Counted from the first letter of the stretch, positions 8,438 through 17,112 are shown. The stretch: 32,247 nucleotides of DNA from Nitrospinae bacterium CG11_big_fil_rev_8_21_14_0_20_56_8 (GCA_002796165.1 PCWF01000189.1:1-32247), one strand, 5' to 3'. The notes: generated by a model from the letters alone, not told the origin. Program-made: numbers and translations.

Positions 8438-9496
8438 TTAAACCACGGTTTTCTGGATTTCAAAGATTTCCCGAATGATATCGGCGCATTGATACTTGAG
8501 GTCCCATCCGGGGTAGTGGGATTTGAATTTGCCAACGTCGCTGATCCACCAGATGTGGTCTCCCCGGCGGTTTTGCGGAACGTGCTCGTAACGGAGCTTT
8601 TTGCCGACAATCTCCTGGGTCATTTCCACCGCTTCAAGCATGGAGCAGTAGCTGAACCGGGCTCCTCCGATATTGTAAACCTCTCCCGAGCGGGGGGCCT
8701 GAAAAAAGTGGTAGAAAGCGTTAACAAGATCCAGGGAATGGATGTTGTCGCGGACCTGTTTCCCCTTGTACCCGTAAATCTTATAAGGCGTTCCGGAAAG
8801 GCAGGCGCGAACCAGGTAGGAAAGGAATCCGTGAAGTTCGGTTCCGGAATGGCGCGGACCGGTGAGGCAACCGCCCCGGAACGTTCCCGTTTTGAGGTTG
8901 AAGTAGCGGCCGTATTCCTGGGTCATGATGTCCGCTGCGACCTTGGAGGCTCCGAACAGGCTGTGCAGGTTCTGGTCGATGGACATGGTTTCATCGATTC
9001 CCCGGTGCCATTTGTGGTCGGGAGCCAACTCATAGCGGGTCTCCTGTTCCTGAAGGGGGAGAGAGTTGGGCAGGTCGCCGTATACCTTGTTGGTGGAGGT
9101 GAAAATAAAAACGGCTTCGGGGCAATATCTGCGGAAGGATTCGAGAAGTACAAGGGTTCCATTGGCATTCACGCTGAAATCCTTCAGAGGGTCCCGGGCC
9201 GCCCAATCATGCGAGGGTTGGCCCGCCGCGTGGATGATGAGGACCGTTTCCTTGCCATAGGTCCTGAATATGTCTTCGATGGCTTTTTCGTTCCGGATGT
9301 CTATCGAGTGATGCTGGTATCGCTTATATTTTTTTTCGAGGAGAAGGCGGTTCCATTCGGTATTCGCGTCTTTCCCGAAAAACTCCATACGCATGTTGTT
9401 GTCGATACCGACGACGTCATATCCTTTTTCACAAAAGAATCCGGCGGCTTCGGACCCGATGAGGCCCGCGGACCCGGTTATCACCACGACGGACAA
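8438..9496 (-). CDS. Extended SDR, second Tyv-like paralog with Phe at the expected catalytic Tyr position
   Basis: 352-aa ORF with a TTG start at 9496 and AAGGGAG 9 nt upstream. Motifs are [32 protein letters not shown] and [13 protein letters not shown]. Where Tyv-like SDRs have HSPYGxSK, this ORF reads HSLFGASK (residue 181, codon at 8954-8956). Confidence 0.8.
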   Translation of the reverse strand: MSVVVITGSAGLIGSEAAGFFCEKGYDVVGIDNNMRMEFFGKDANTEWNRLLLEKKYKRYQHHSIDIRNEKAIEDIFRTYGKETVLIIHAAGQPSHDWAARDPLKDFSVNANGTLVLLESFRRYCPEAVFIFTSTNKVYGDLPNSLPLQEQETRYELAPDHKWHRGIDETMSIDQNLHSLFGASKVAADIMTQEYGRYFNLKTGTFRGGCLTGPRHSGTELHGFLSYLVRACLSGTPYKIYGYKGKQVRDNIHSLDLVNAFYHFFQAPRSGEVYNIGGARFSYCSMLEAVEMTQEIVGKKLRYEHVPQNRRGDHIWWISDVGKFKSHYPGWDLKYQCADIIREIFEIQKTVV

Positions 9497-9550
9497 GGTT
9501 TAAATCTCCCTTTGTTTCAGGATTCAAGGATGGAATGGAAAACCGGGCCT

Positions 9551-10579
9551 TTAGCCGACATATCTCTTGTCGGTCACTTCGGGAATTTCTGAAGAAGCTT
9601 CCAGGCCTACGCCTTGGGCGCGCAATGTTTCAATTTCACCCTTGATCCAGAAGTAGGTTTTTTCAAGACCGGTGTTTAGGGAAATGGAGGGCCTCCAGCC
9701 CAGGACTTTTTGGATCAGGGAATTGTCGCTGTTTCGCCCGCGGACTCCCAACGGGCCTTCGATGTACTTTTTGGTCAGATGCTTTTTTTCGAAGGACATG
9801 GCGATATCGGCAAGGTGATTGATTTCCACCAACTCGTCACTTCCGAGGTTCAGAGGATGCGGATAATCCCCCCGCATGATCTTGAGGGTCCCCTCGACAC
9901 AGTCATCGATAAACATGAAGCTCCTCTGTTGTTTTCCATCTCCCCAGATCTCAATTTCTCCTTTGGAGGCGGTCAGTATCACTTTCCGGCACATGGCGGC
10001 GGGAGCTTTTTCCCGTCCCCCGCGCCAAGTCCCATTGGGGCCATATACATTGTGATACCGGGCCACCCGGGTGACGAGGCCATAATCCTCACGAAAATAC
10101 TGGCATAGAAGTTCCGAGAAGAGTTTTTCCCACCCATATCCCGCTTCGGGCATAGCGGGGTATGCCATGTCTTCGCTTAAGGCCGGGTTGTTCAAGTCCT
10201 TCTGCAATTCCGTGTTGTAAGCGCAAGCGCTACTGGAGTAAAAAAAACGACGGGCCTGATATTTTCGCGCGGCTTCCAGCACATTGGTGGAGATGAGAAC
10301 GCTGTCGCGCATGATCAGGGCCCGGTAATTTTCGATGAACCCCATCCCACCCATATTGGCGGCAAGATTATAAACCTCGTCAAATTGGCCGCACGAACGG
10401 AAAATAGCCTCGGTTTCCTCCTTATAACGCAGGTCTACATTGAAAAATCGGTCGGCGGGGCTCCGTTCAAATTCCGGGTATTTCCAGTCGGCGGCGATGA
10501 CGGTTTCCCCGTCCGCTTTCAGTTTTTTTACCAGACAATGGCCGATAAAACCCCCAGCCCCGGTAACGAGAATCAGCAT
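9551..10579 (-). CDS. gme: GDP-mannose 3,5-epimerase-like SDR
   Basis: 342-aa ORF with ATG at 10579 and AAGGA upstream. It shares blocks with plant and bacterial GME as I remember them: TGAGGFIG, ADWK, NLAANMGGMGFI, SSSACAY, GYGWEKL, RYHNVYGPNGTWRGGREKAPAAMCRK, WGDGKQQRSFMFIDDCVEG, GVRGRNSDN and YFWIK. These were not aligned by software. Confidence 0.85.
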   Translation of the reverse strand: MLILVTGAGGFIGHCLVKKLKADGETVIAADWKYPEFERSPADRFFNVDLRYKEETEAIFRSCGQFDEVYNLAANMGGMGFIENYRALIMRDSVLISTNVLEAARKYQARRFFYSSSACAYNTELQKDLNNPALSEDMAYPAMPEAGYGWEKLFSELLCQYFREDYGLVTRVARYHNVYGPNGTWRGGREKAPAAMCRKVILTASKGEIEIWGDGKQQRSFMFIDDCVEGTLKIMRGDYPHPLNLGSDELVEINHLADIAMSFEKKHLTKKYIEGPLGVRGRNSDNSLIQKVLGWRPSISLNTGLEKTYFWIKGEIETLRAQGVGLEASSEIPEVTDKRYVG

Positions 10580-10745
10580 GGTTATCCTTTAAACGAGGAT
10601 GACAGAAGGGTTGATTTTTAAAAGAAACTGCAAGATTGGAACCTGACGTAAATTACATTTTTCGAACGGGAGCTTCGTTTGCGATTTCGGGTCCAAACCA
10701 ATCCATTCCGCGGCTGGATTCAGGGGAAGGAAAGGGCCCCCCAAG

Positions 10746-10775
10746 CTTATAATCTCATTTCGAAATATAAATCAA
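10746..10775 (-). promoter_or_regulatory. Candidate sigma70-type promoter for the 10579->520 operon (TTGATT-N18-TATAAG on minus strand)
   Basis: The plus strand has aatcaa at 10770-10775 and cttata at 10746-10751, with an 18-nt spacer. This places the site about 160 nt upstream of the GME ATG. The call rests on sequence pattern only. Confidence 0.3.
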
Positions 10776-10785
10776 AAAACTTGAG

Positions 10786-10862
10786 GGTAAGGTATCCTCC
10801 AGCTTTTACCGAAAAGGAGAACTGGGACGGGTAAGGGCCGTATTCGGTGGAACACGGTAAGG
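10786..10862. promoter_or_regulatory. Three direct copies of GGTAAGG between the two divergent promoter candidates
   Basis: Exact heptamers lie at 10786-10792, 10830-10836 and 10856-10862. The first two are extended to GGGTAAGG. Confidence 0.3.
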
Positions 10863-10945
10863 ATTCGGGGCGAAAAACGGGCCAATTTCAACCGTTCCCA
10901 AGTTAACCAAAGCATAAAAAAAAATCAACATTTATATTGTTCGTT

Positions 10946-10975
10946 TTGATTTCAAAGGGAAAATTATTTTATGAT
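10946..10975 (+). promoter_or_regulatory. Candidate sigma70-type promoter for the 11095 radical SAM gene (TTGATT-N18-TATGAT)
   Basis: TTGATT lies at 10946-10951 and TATGAT at 10970-10975, within an AT-rich stretch about 120 nt upstream of the ATG. Confidence 0.3.
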
Positions 10976-11094
10976 TAAAAGCATTTACCACAAGCCGTAT
11001 GCGTGGCAATTTTAATGTGTTATAGTTCCAGTAGGAACCGGGTTTCTTTGTCGACGACTATTTGTTTTCCCTTTTACAAGGAAGATAATTCACA

Positions 11095-12501
11095 ATGAGA
11101 GTTCTGCTTGTTCAACCGTTCAAAGATGCCGGATTGTCCAACCAATCCTGGCCCCCCATAGGTTTGGGTTATCTCGCGACTTCGGTCCGGAACGCCGGAC
11201 ACGAGGTTCAGATCCTGGATTGTCTGAAGGAATGCCGGGATAATGGGGATTTTGTCCGGGCCGTTGAAAAATTCGACCCTCAGGTGGTGGGGTACAATCT
11301 GTATTCCATTGCGGTGCCCCTTGTTCAGGAGATGCTGGAAGCCCTCCATTTGTCTCGGCCGAAAGTCATCAACATTTTCGGTGGTCCCCATGTGTCTTCT
11401 CTTCCGGATCAGGTTCTCGATGTGATCCCCCATGTCGATTATGCGATTCAAGGAGAGGGCGAGGTTCCTTTGCCCATGCTTCTCAAGGCATTGGAATCGG
11501 GGGTTCACACTTTTGGTGAAATTCCGGGCCTGATTTACCGGGAGGAAGGGATGATAAAGAAAAATCCATCCCATTTTCAAAAGAATATCGAAGAATACGG
11601 ATTTCCCGCCTGGGATCTTATTAAACCCCAGGAATATTTTCAATTTTTTGGAATTGGACCCGACACCGCACCCATATTTTTGTCAAGAGGGTGTCCATTC
11701 CCTTGTACGTTTTGCGCGGCCAGCGTGGTGACCGGGCGGTCTCTTCGATGGCGGGGTTTTGATCATATATTCGAGGAGTTCCGGCTTTTACAAAACGAGT
11801 ATGGAATCAAGCGGTTTGTTCTCGAAGACGAAGGGACGGGAGTTGCCGAAAAATTCCTCACCAAATTCTGCCGTCGGGTCAAGGAGGAAAGTTTCAAGGC
11901 GGCTTTTGCCATGGGGGTCGGGATGCGGCTTGACCAGTATTCTGAAGAGCTTCTCCTTGAGATGCGGGATGCCGGATTTGAAAAGAGGATCGTGCTTGGT
12001 ATTGAGTCGGGAAGCGAGCGGATACTCAATAAAATGAAAAAAGACAGCGATATCGATTTGATTCGGGAGAAAGTAGCTCTTATGGACCGGATGGGATTCG
12101 AACCCAACGGGTATTTTATCGTCGGATTCCCCAGCGAAACCCGGGAAGAAATCGAGAAGACCATTCAACTGGCTTTGAGTCTTCCGATCCGGGAAGCCAG
12201 TTTCACCGCGTTTCAGCCGCTTCCCGCGACACCTGCGACGGATGAATTGATCGCAAACGGTGAACTCCCTCCCGATTACGACTTCAGCAAACTGGTTCAG
12301 AACGGGATTGCATATGCGCCCAAAGGAATGACGGTGGAAGAGTTGGAACGCATCCGGAAAAGGGCCATCCTCCGATTTTATTTGCGGCCCAAAATCCTTT
12401 TCAGTTATTTCAAGTCCTTCCGAACCCTCAAATATGCGTTCTGCAAATTTCTTGCGATTTTCACCAAGGATAACGTCATTCCGGAACCCAATTGGTCCTA
12501 G
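11095..12501 (+). CDS. B12-binding-domain radical SAM enzyme (class B-like)
   Basis: 468-aa ORF. The N-terminal Rossmann-like module is VLLVQPF...PPIGLGYLAT...IFGGPHVSSLP...AIQGEGE. The radical SAM cluster motif is RGCPFPCTFC (CxxxCxxC). AAGGAAG lies upstream. Confidence 0.85.
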   Translation: MRVLLVQPFKDAGLSNQSWPPIGLGYLATSVRNAGHEVQILDCLKECRDNGDFVRAVEKFDPQVVGYNLYSIAVPLVQEMLEALHLSRPKVINIFGGPHVSSLPDQVLDVIPHVDYAIQGEGEVPLPMLLKALESGVHTFGEIPGLIYREEGMIKKNPSHFQKNIEEYGFPAWDLIKPQEYFQFFGIGPDTAPIFLSRGCPFPCTFCAASVVTGRSLRWRGFDHIFEEFRLLQNEYGIKRFVLEDEGTGVAEKFLTKFCRRVKEESFKAAFAMGVGMRLDQYSEELLLEMRDAGFEKRIVLGIESGSERILNKMKKDSDIDLIREKVALMDRMGFEPNGYFIVGFPSETREEIEKTIQLALSLPIREASFTAFQPLPATPATDELIANGELPPDYDFSKLVQNGIAYAPKGMTVEELERIRKRAILRFYLRPKILFSYFKSFRTLKYAFCKFLAIFTKDNVIPEPNWS

Positions 12502-12607
12502 CAAACCTGCCCCTTGTCAAGAATGTGTCCTTGCGGATGGAGTCTCTCCCTGGAAGGGGATAGGGATATAATACCGGGTGTCGATTGGTGGGGCTGAGGT
12601 TACCTGA

Positions 12608-13546
12608 ATGAGCCATCTTTTCGATCGCCTTGGATATGTTACATTATTCGCTCTCTGTGCCTTCACTCTTTTGAGCCTGGTCACCGCCTGGAATTGGGTA
12701 TCTGACCTGACCAGCCATTTTCGGGTTCAATATCTGGTCCTTTTGCTTCTTATCTCGATTCTGTTTCTGAGCCGCAAAAGACCGGTTCCCGCCGTGATGT
12801 CCCTCCTTTTTGCCGGGATTAACCTGTTTCCCCTGCTCCCCTTTTTGTTCGGCGCCGCCCCTGCCATGGCGGGAAATCCGGCGCACCGGGTTCTCATGGT
12901 CAATTTGCATCACTATGAAAATGATCAGTATGGGAAAGTCCGGCAACTGATTCGGACCCAGGAACCCGAGGTGATTCTTTTCCTGGAAGTCACCGAGAAG
13001 TGGACCGAAATGCTAAGAGGGGAGTTGGGGGGCTATCCCTACTCTAAAGTAGCACCCAGAGAGGATGCCATGGGAATCGGGCTGTTCAGCCGATTGGAAT
13101 TAAAAGACCTCGAGATCGGCCCGATTGGCGAAACTAACATTCCCTCGGTATTGGGAAGGATGAAGGTCGGGTCGAAGTGGGTCCGGGTGATCGGGACCCA
13201 TCTGATGTCCCCATTGACTCCCCGGTTTACCGAAGATCGGAACAGGCAATTGGGGGCTCTTCAGGAGGTTTTAAACGGGGAGAAGGGATTGAAGATGGTC
13301 TTGGGAGATTTTAACCTGACACCGTGGTCCTCGCTGATGAAAAACTTTGGCCGATCCACCGGGCTGATGGACACCCGCATTGGTCAAGGAATCAAACCCA
13401 CCTGGCCCAGCATGTTCCCTCCCTTGTGGATTCCCATTGAACATTGCATGGTGTCCCCGGAAATCGGTATCCATAAATTCCAAATCGGTCCCGAAGTGGG
13501 GTCGGACCATCTCCCTGTGATTCTGGATTTTTCCATTGCTTCCTGA
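12608..13546 (+). CDS. Membrane-anchored endonuclease/exonuclease/phosphatase (EEP) family protein
   Basis: 312-aa ORF with GAGG 8 nt upstream of the ATG. It has about three N-terminal hydrophobic helices. EEP signatures are VLGDFNLTPWS and the near-C-terminal GSDHLPV. Confidence 0.8.
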   Translation: MSHLFDRLGYVTLFALCAFTLLSLVTAWNWVSDLTSHFRVQYLVLLLLISILFLSRKRPVPAVMSLLFAGINLFPLLPFLFGAAPAMAGNPAHRVLMVNLHHYENDQYGKVRQLIRTQEPEVILFLEVTEKWTEMLRGELGGYPYSKVAPREDAMGIGLFSRLELKDLEIGPIGETNIPSVLGRMKVGSKWVRVIGTHLMSPLTPRFTEDRNRQLGALQEVLNGEKGLKMVLGDFNLTPWSSLMKNFGRSTGLMDTRIGQGIKPTWPSMFPPLWIPIEHCMVSPEIGIHKFQIGPEVGSDHLPVILDFSIAS

Positions 13547-13549
13547 GGT

Positions 13550-14083
13550 TCAGTTTTTATGCCGGCACTCGAATTTCTTGTCGGTGATCCAGGTGATCTC
13601 AAGGTAAGCGGGCAAGCGGGTTTCTTTGTTGAGCAGGGCGGAATTGATCTGTTGGTCCGTCAACCCAACCGCATCCGTCAAATCGGCCCCTTTAAGCTCC
13701 GCCTCCTCAAGATTGACGTTGGCAAGATTGGCGCAGGTAAGATCTGCCAGGGAGAGGTCGGCATCGGCCAGGTTGGCGCCGGAGAGATTGGCTCCGGAAA
13801 GGTTGGCGGATCGGATGTCCGCTTCATTCATATCGGCTCCGGAAAGGTTGGCCTCCCTTAGGTTGGATTTGCTGAGCTTGGATTTGCTCAAGTCGGCTTT
13901 TTCCAGATTGGCCCGGCTCAGGTTGGCGAAGAACAGATTGGCGTAACTGAGGTCTGCTTCGTTGAGGTTTCCTCCGCTGAAGTCGGCGTGGTCAAGGTTT
14001 CCGCCGCTCAGGTTGGCTTTGACGAGGTTGTGTTTGGATTTTTCGGCTTGTTCCCGTTCGGCTTTTCTTAATTCTTCCGTCAT
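13550..14083 (-). CDS. Pentapeptide-repeat protein
   Basis: 177-aa ORF. Residues about 20-135 are uninterrupted A(D/N)LxX pentads (ANLSGGNLDHADFSGGNLNEADLSYANLFFANLSRANLEKADL...). No signal peptide is visible. The plus-strand ORFs here are mirror artefacts of the repeat. Confidence 0.85.
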   Translation of the reverse strand: MTEELRKAEREQAEKSKHNLVKANLSGGNLDHADFSGGNLNEADLSYANLFFANLSRANLEKADLSKSKLSKSNLREANLSGADMNEADIRSANLSGANLSGANLADADLSLADLTCANLANVNLEEAELKGADLTDAVGLTDQQINSALLNKETRLPAYLEITWITDKKFECRHKN

Positions 14084-14125
14084 AAAATCGATGTCGATGA
14101 CTATGGAAATCCGAAAGTTTAAAAA

Positions 14126-15025
14126 TCAAAGAGGACTGGTGAGGGACTGGGCTTTCATGAAACCCAAAACATTTTCCTCAATTTCTTTTTTTGCCGTCAT
14201 TCCAATAACGAAGGAATCCACATAATTCACGCTGGATGCAAATGCGAGGGCTTTCTGCGGGGAATGTCCCAGTTTCCCTGCGCCAAAAAGTTTCATGGTC
14301 AGAATTCCTTTTCCCCCCCGATGCATTTCCTGAAGCATCTTTATGGTTTGGTTTCGTAGAGGTTCGTCCGGTTTATGGGGTTCAATCATTTTTGATACCG
14401 AGGGCAGGGCCGCCTTTGGAATTAAAAGCTTGGCCATTTCCACGGCCAAGGGAATGCTGGCTACCTTGGAAAGAAAATCTTCCTGGTAAGAATCCATGCA
14501 GACTCCATCATAATTCAGCCGACCCATTACCACATCGAATTCCTCCATTCGAGAGCCGGTTTCCATTGCCCCAATTCCGTGACAGGAAAATCCGACGGCG
14601 CGCAAAAGGCCTTTCCTTTTTAAATCGATTAAGGCGTTTAGGGCGCCTTTTCTGAGAAAAAAATCGAGAGCGTTTCTCATCCCATGGAGCAAAAACACGT
14701 CGACATAGCCGGTTTTCAATTCCTTAAGTGTGGATTCCACTTCATGGACGGCGGTCTTCCACGAGCATGCGCTCGTTTTGGAAACGAGGACAATATCTTC
14801 TCTTTTTACGCTTTTCAGCGCTTCCCTGAAATGGGGGTAAGTTCGGTAAGAGAAGGCGGTGTCCCAGAGATTGATCCCCAAGTCATAAGCATACAGCAAG
14901 AGATCGCTGAACTCCCTGACGGTCATGTCGCATTGGAGGTTGGTTCCGGAAAACCCAGTTGTCCCCGACCCTATACCCAGCCGGGAAACCAGAATGTCCG
15001 TTTTACCTAAAGGGGATCGGTTCAT
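14126..15025 (-). CDS. Aldo/keto reductase family oxidoreductase
   Basis: 299-aa ORF. The AKR N-terminus is LGKTDILVSRLGIGS. Candidate tetrad residues sit in WDTAFSY (Asp, Tyr), LVSKT (Lys) and FLLHGM (His). AAAGG lies upstream of the ATG. Confidence 0.85.
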   Translation of the reverse strand: MNRSPLGKTDILVSRLGIGSGTTGFSGTNLQCDMTVREFSDLLLYAYDLGINLWDTAFSYRTYPHFREALKSVKREDIVLVSKTSACSWKTAVHEVESTLKELKTGYVDVFLLHGMRNALDFFLRKGALNALIDLKRKGLLRAVGFSCHGIGAMETGSRMEEFDVVMGRLNYDGVCMDSYQEDFLSKVASIPLAVEMAKLLIPKAALPSVSKMIEPHKPDEPLRNQTIKMLQEMHRGGKGILTMKLFGAGKLGHSPQKALAFASSVNYVDSFVIGMTAKKEIEENVLGFMKAQSLTSPL

Positions 15026-15082
15026 CTCCGCCTTTCTTCGTTGCCCCTGCGCTGGGAATTAAGGGGAATCCTCCGGGTTTCT

Positions 15083-16567
15083 TCAACCCGTTTGCGGAAA
15101 ATATTGGAGCCCTTTTCTGGCCATCCGGGAAAGAAACCATTTAACGCCATTGAAGGCCGCCCCGGGTTTATAAAACGAGTTATAAGCCAGCCACTTCACT
15201 TTTTCCACGGTGGTCACTTTTTGCAGGGAAAGAAGGTCCAGCTCGTCTCTTAATGCAAGGACTTTTTCCGGCGCCACCAGGTCGGAATAAACTTTTTGCC
15301 CATGCTCCACGCCTTCCGCGATTTCCTTTTTCAATTCCTTATAGTAATCGGGGTCCACCAGGCCTTTTTCCACGCACAATTCGTATAACGGGGTTCCGGG
15401 GTAGGGGATCATGCAGGAAACCTGAAACCGATAGAGTTTCTTAATGTTTTTTACGATGAAGGCTCGGGTTTCAAGCATTTCTTCATAGGTTTCGGAAGGG
15501 GTGCCAATGATGAAGGTACCGAGAACATGGATTCCCGCCTCACAGGTCAGGTCGATGGCGCGTTGGTGATCTTCGGCGGTTATTCCTTTGCCCTTGATCA
15601 AGGTCAGCATGCGTTGGTTTGCACTTTCGAACCCATAGTCGATTTCGCAACAACCCGCCTGCTTCATCAGTTTCAAAAGCGGACGGTCGCTCTCTCTGAC
15701 AAGATTGCTCCGAATCTGGACATCCCATTTAACTTTCTTTTGCAAACCTCTGCGGAGGATTTCCTCGCTCAGTTCCTCGGTGTGCGATTTTTTAACGAAA
15801 AAAATATCATCGGTAAAAAAGAACCACCGGGCGTTATATTTTTCGACGGCCTCTTCCATTTCATCGACAATGTATTGGGGTGAATGGAATCTCATGCGCC
15901 CATCGGTGGAAAAATTCACGCAACAGAAGATGCAGGTATAAGGACATCCCCTCGAACCTGCAATGGTCGTGACACCATAGGAGTTCATCCCACGGATGAC
16001 GAAATACCGTTTATTGTAGAAATCGTAATTTAACAAAGCCCGGTCGGGATGGGGAATGGTGTCCAGATCGCTGATCAGTTTCCGGGGTTGGGTTTGAATG
16101 ACCTTGTCCTGATCTTTGAAAGCCAAGCCCTCAATGGAGGACAGGTATTTTGTATTTAATTGTCTGCCATTTTCAATAAACCCATCAACCAGCTCTTTGA
16201 AGGTTGCTTCTCCTTCGCCCGTCACGACAACATCGAAACAGGAATTTTTCAGTAATTGTTCCCATTGAACCGCCGCATGGGCTCCCCCGCAAACCATGAC
16301 CAGATCCCGGCCCGCCCGGGAACGCAATTCGCGGGCCAGATCATACAGAGCGACCACCTGACTGCTCAGGCTGGTGAACCCCACAATATCCGGGTTGAAG
16401 GCCAGGATTTCTCCGATGGGGTCCTTGGACCAGCAGACATCCACCAATTTGACTTCATACCGGTACTTTCCAAACTGCTTCAAATAAGAACTTAAATAGG
16501 TCAGGTTCAATGGGGGAAAGGAGGGGATATTTATGGGGTTAAACAGGCAAATTCTGATTTCGCTCAT
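15083..16567 (-). CDS. B12-binding-domain radical SAM enzyme (class B-like), second copy
   Basis: The ORF track extends to a TTG at 16639. I prefer the in-frame ATG at 16567 (MSEIRICLFNP...) because family members start directly with the Rossmann strand. Motifs are VCGGAHAA...VVTGEGE and SRGCPYTCIFC (CxxxCxxC). No clear SD precedes either start, so the start is uncertain. Confidence 0.8.
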   Translation of the reverse strand: MSEIRICLFNPINIPSFPPLNLTYLSSYLKQFGKYRYEVKLVDVCWSKDPIGEILAFNPDIVGFTSLSSQVVALYDLARELRSRAGRDLVMVCGGAHAAVQWEQLLKNSCFDVVVTGEGEATFKELVDGFIENGRQLNTKYLSSIEGLAFKDQDKVIQTQPRKLISDLDTIPHPDRALLNYDFYNKRYFVIRGMNSYGVTTIAGSRGCPYTCIFCCVNFSTDGRMRFHSPQYIVDEMEEAVEKYNARWFFFTDDIFFVKKSHTEELSEEILRRGLQKKVKWDVQIRSNLVRESDRPLLKLMKQAGCCEIDYGFESANQRMLTLIKGKGITAEDHQRAIDLTCEAGIHVLGTFIIGTPSETYEEMLETRAFIVKNIKKLYRFQVSCMIPYPGTPLYELCVEKGLVDPDYYKELKKEIAEGVEHGQKVYSDLVAPEKVLALRDELDLLSLQKVTTVEKVKWLAYNSFYKPGAAFNGVKWFLSRMARKGLQYFPQTG

Positions 16568-16970
16568 AATTTTTGCCGCCGATGTTTTGAGGTTAGACAA
16601 ATGGTCATGAAGCCCCGAGTCTTGAACCGATACATACAAAAATTGCAGTTTTGGAAGATCCCTGAAGAGAAAGGAAACCCCGGATTAATTAATTCAATAT
16701 AAAACCAAACGGACTCTTCAGGGGGCTAAAGGTATTGAGTTATGATTCGCGTACGTTTTCAGCCCCTGCGGCAAAGCCATAGGGCCGGAGAATGGCGATT
16801 TGAAAAGAGGCCTAAGAATCTTGCAGGAGAATGAATTCCCCCCTTAGTTTAATTATCGTTCAAAATCCCCTTTTCCTAAACTATTTATTAAACGGCAGAC
16901 TACCTTTATTTCCCAAAACTTAAGGTCTTTAGCTTAATTCATACAGGGATAAAGTGCCAATATTTTTTCC

Positions 16971-16986
16971 TCTCCAATTTGGAGCA
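16971..16986. promoter_or_regulatory. Palindromic motif TCTCCAATTTGGAGCA (copy 1)
   Basis: CTCCAA/TTGGAG inverted half-sites with 1 nt between them. It lies in the 693-bp spacer upstream of the SPASM radical SAM gene. A near-identical copy is at 18378-18395. Confidence 0.25.
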
Positions 16987-17082
16987 TTTCCCAATGATCC
17001 ACGGTCGATTCCGATCCGTAAACCCGGGATTGCAAACTTTCTCCGTTAAAACTTATTTGAGTTGGGCGAGGGGATATTTTTA

Positions 17083-17112
17083 TTGATTCTCTGATGATTC
17101 AAACGGTAAACT
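17083..17112 (+). promoter_or_regulatory. Candidate promoter TTGATT-N18-TAAACT upstream of 17333 gene
   Basis: TTGATT lies at 17083-17088 and TAAACT at 17107-17112. The architecture matches the two candidates in the 10.6-11.1 kb spacer. The -10 element is weak. Confidence 0.2.

Noticed and set aside
7365-9592. Two long plus-strand ORFs (7365-8441 and 8489-9592) mirroring the two Tyv-like SDR genes
   Set aside because: This is the same antisense artefact. The minus-strand products carry clear SDR motifs, and the plus-strand products are low-complexity.
10971-11015. 14-codon mini-ORF (MIKSIYHKPYAWQF) upstream of the first radical SAM gene, considered as a leader or precursor peptide
   Set aside because: Its ATG lies inside the -10 element of the best promoter candidate (TATGAT at 10970-10975), so it would probably not be on the transcript. 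It is too short, and its composition gives no support.
11003-11018. TGGCAATTTTAATGTG considered as a sigma-54 (-24/-12) promoter
   Set aside because: The GG is present, but the -12 position reads GT rather than GC at the required 10-nt spacing.
12567-12572. Perfect TATAAT hexamers at 12567-12572 and 28227-28232 as promoters
   Set aside because: Neither has an acceptable -35 element at 16-19 nt or a TG extension on the plus strand. They are kept only as context.
13559-13946. Plus-strand ORFs with periodic RLA/GKV repeats, and DNA-level 15-nt periodicity
   Set aside because: The periodicity is the nucleotide image of the pentapeptide-repeat gene on the minus strand. It is not an independent repeat element or CRISPR-like array, because there are no unique spacers.
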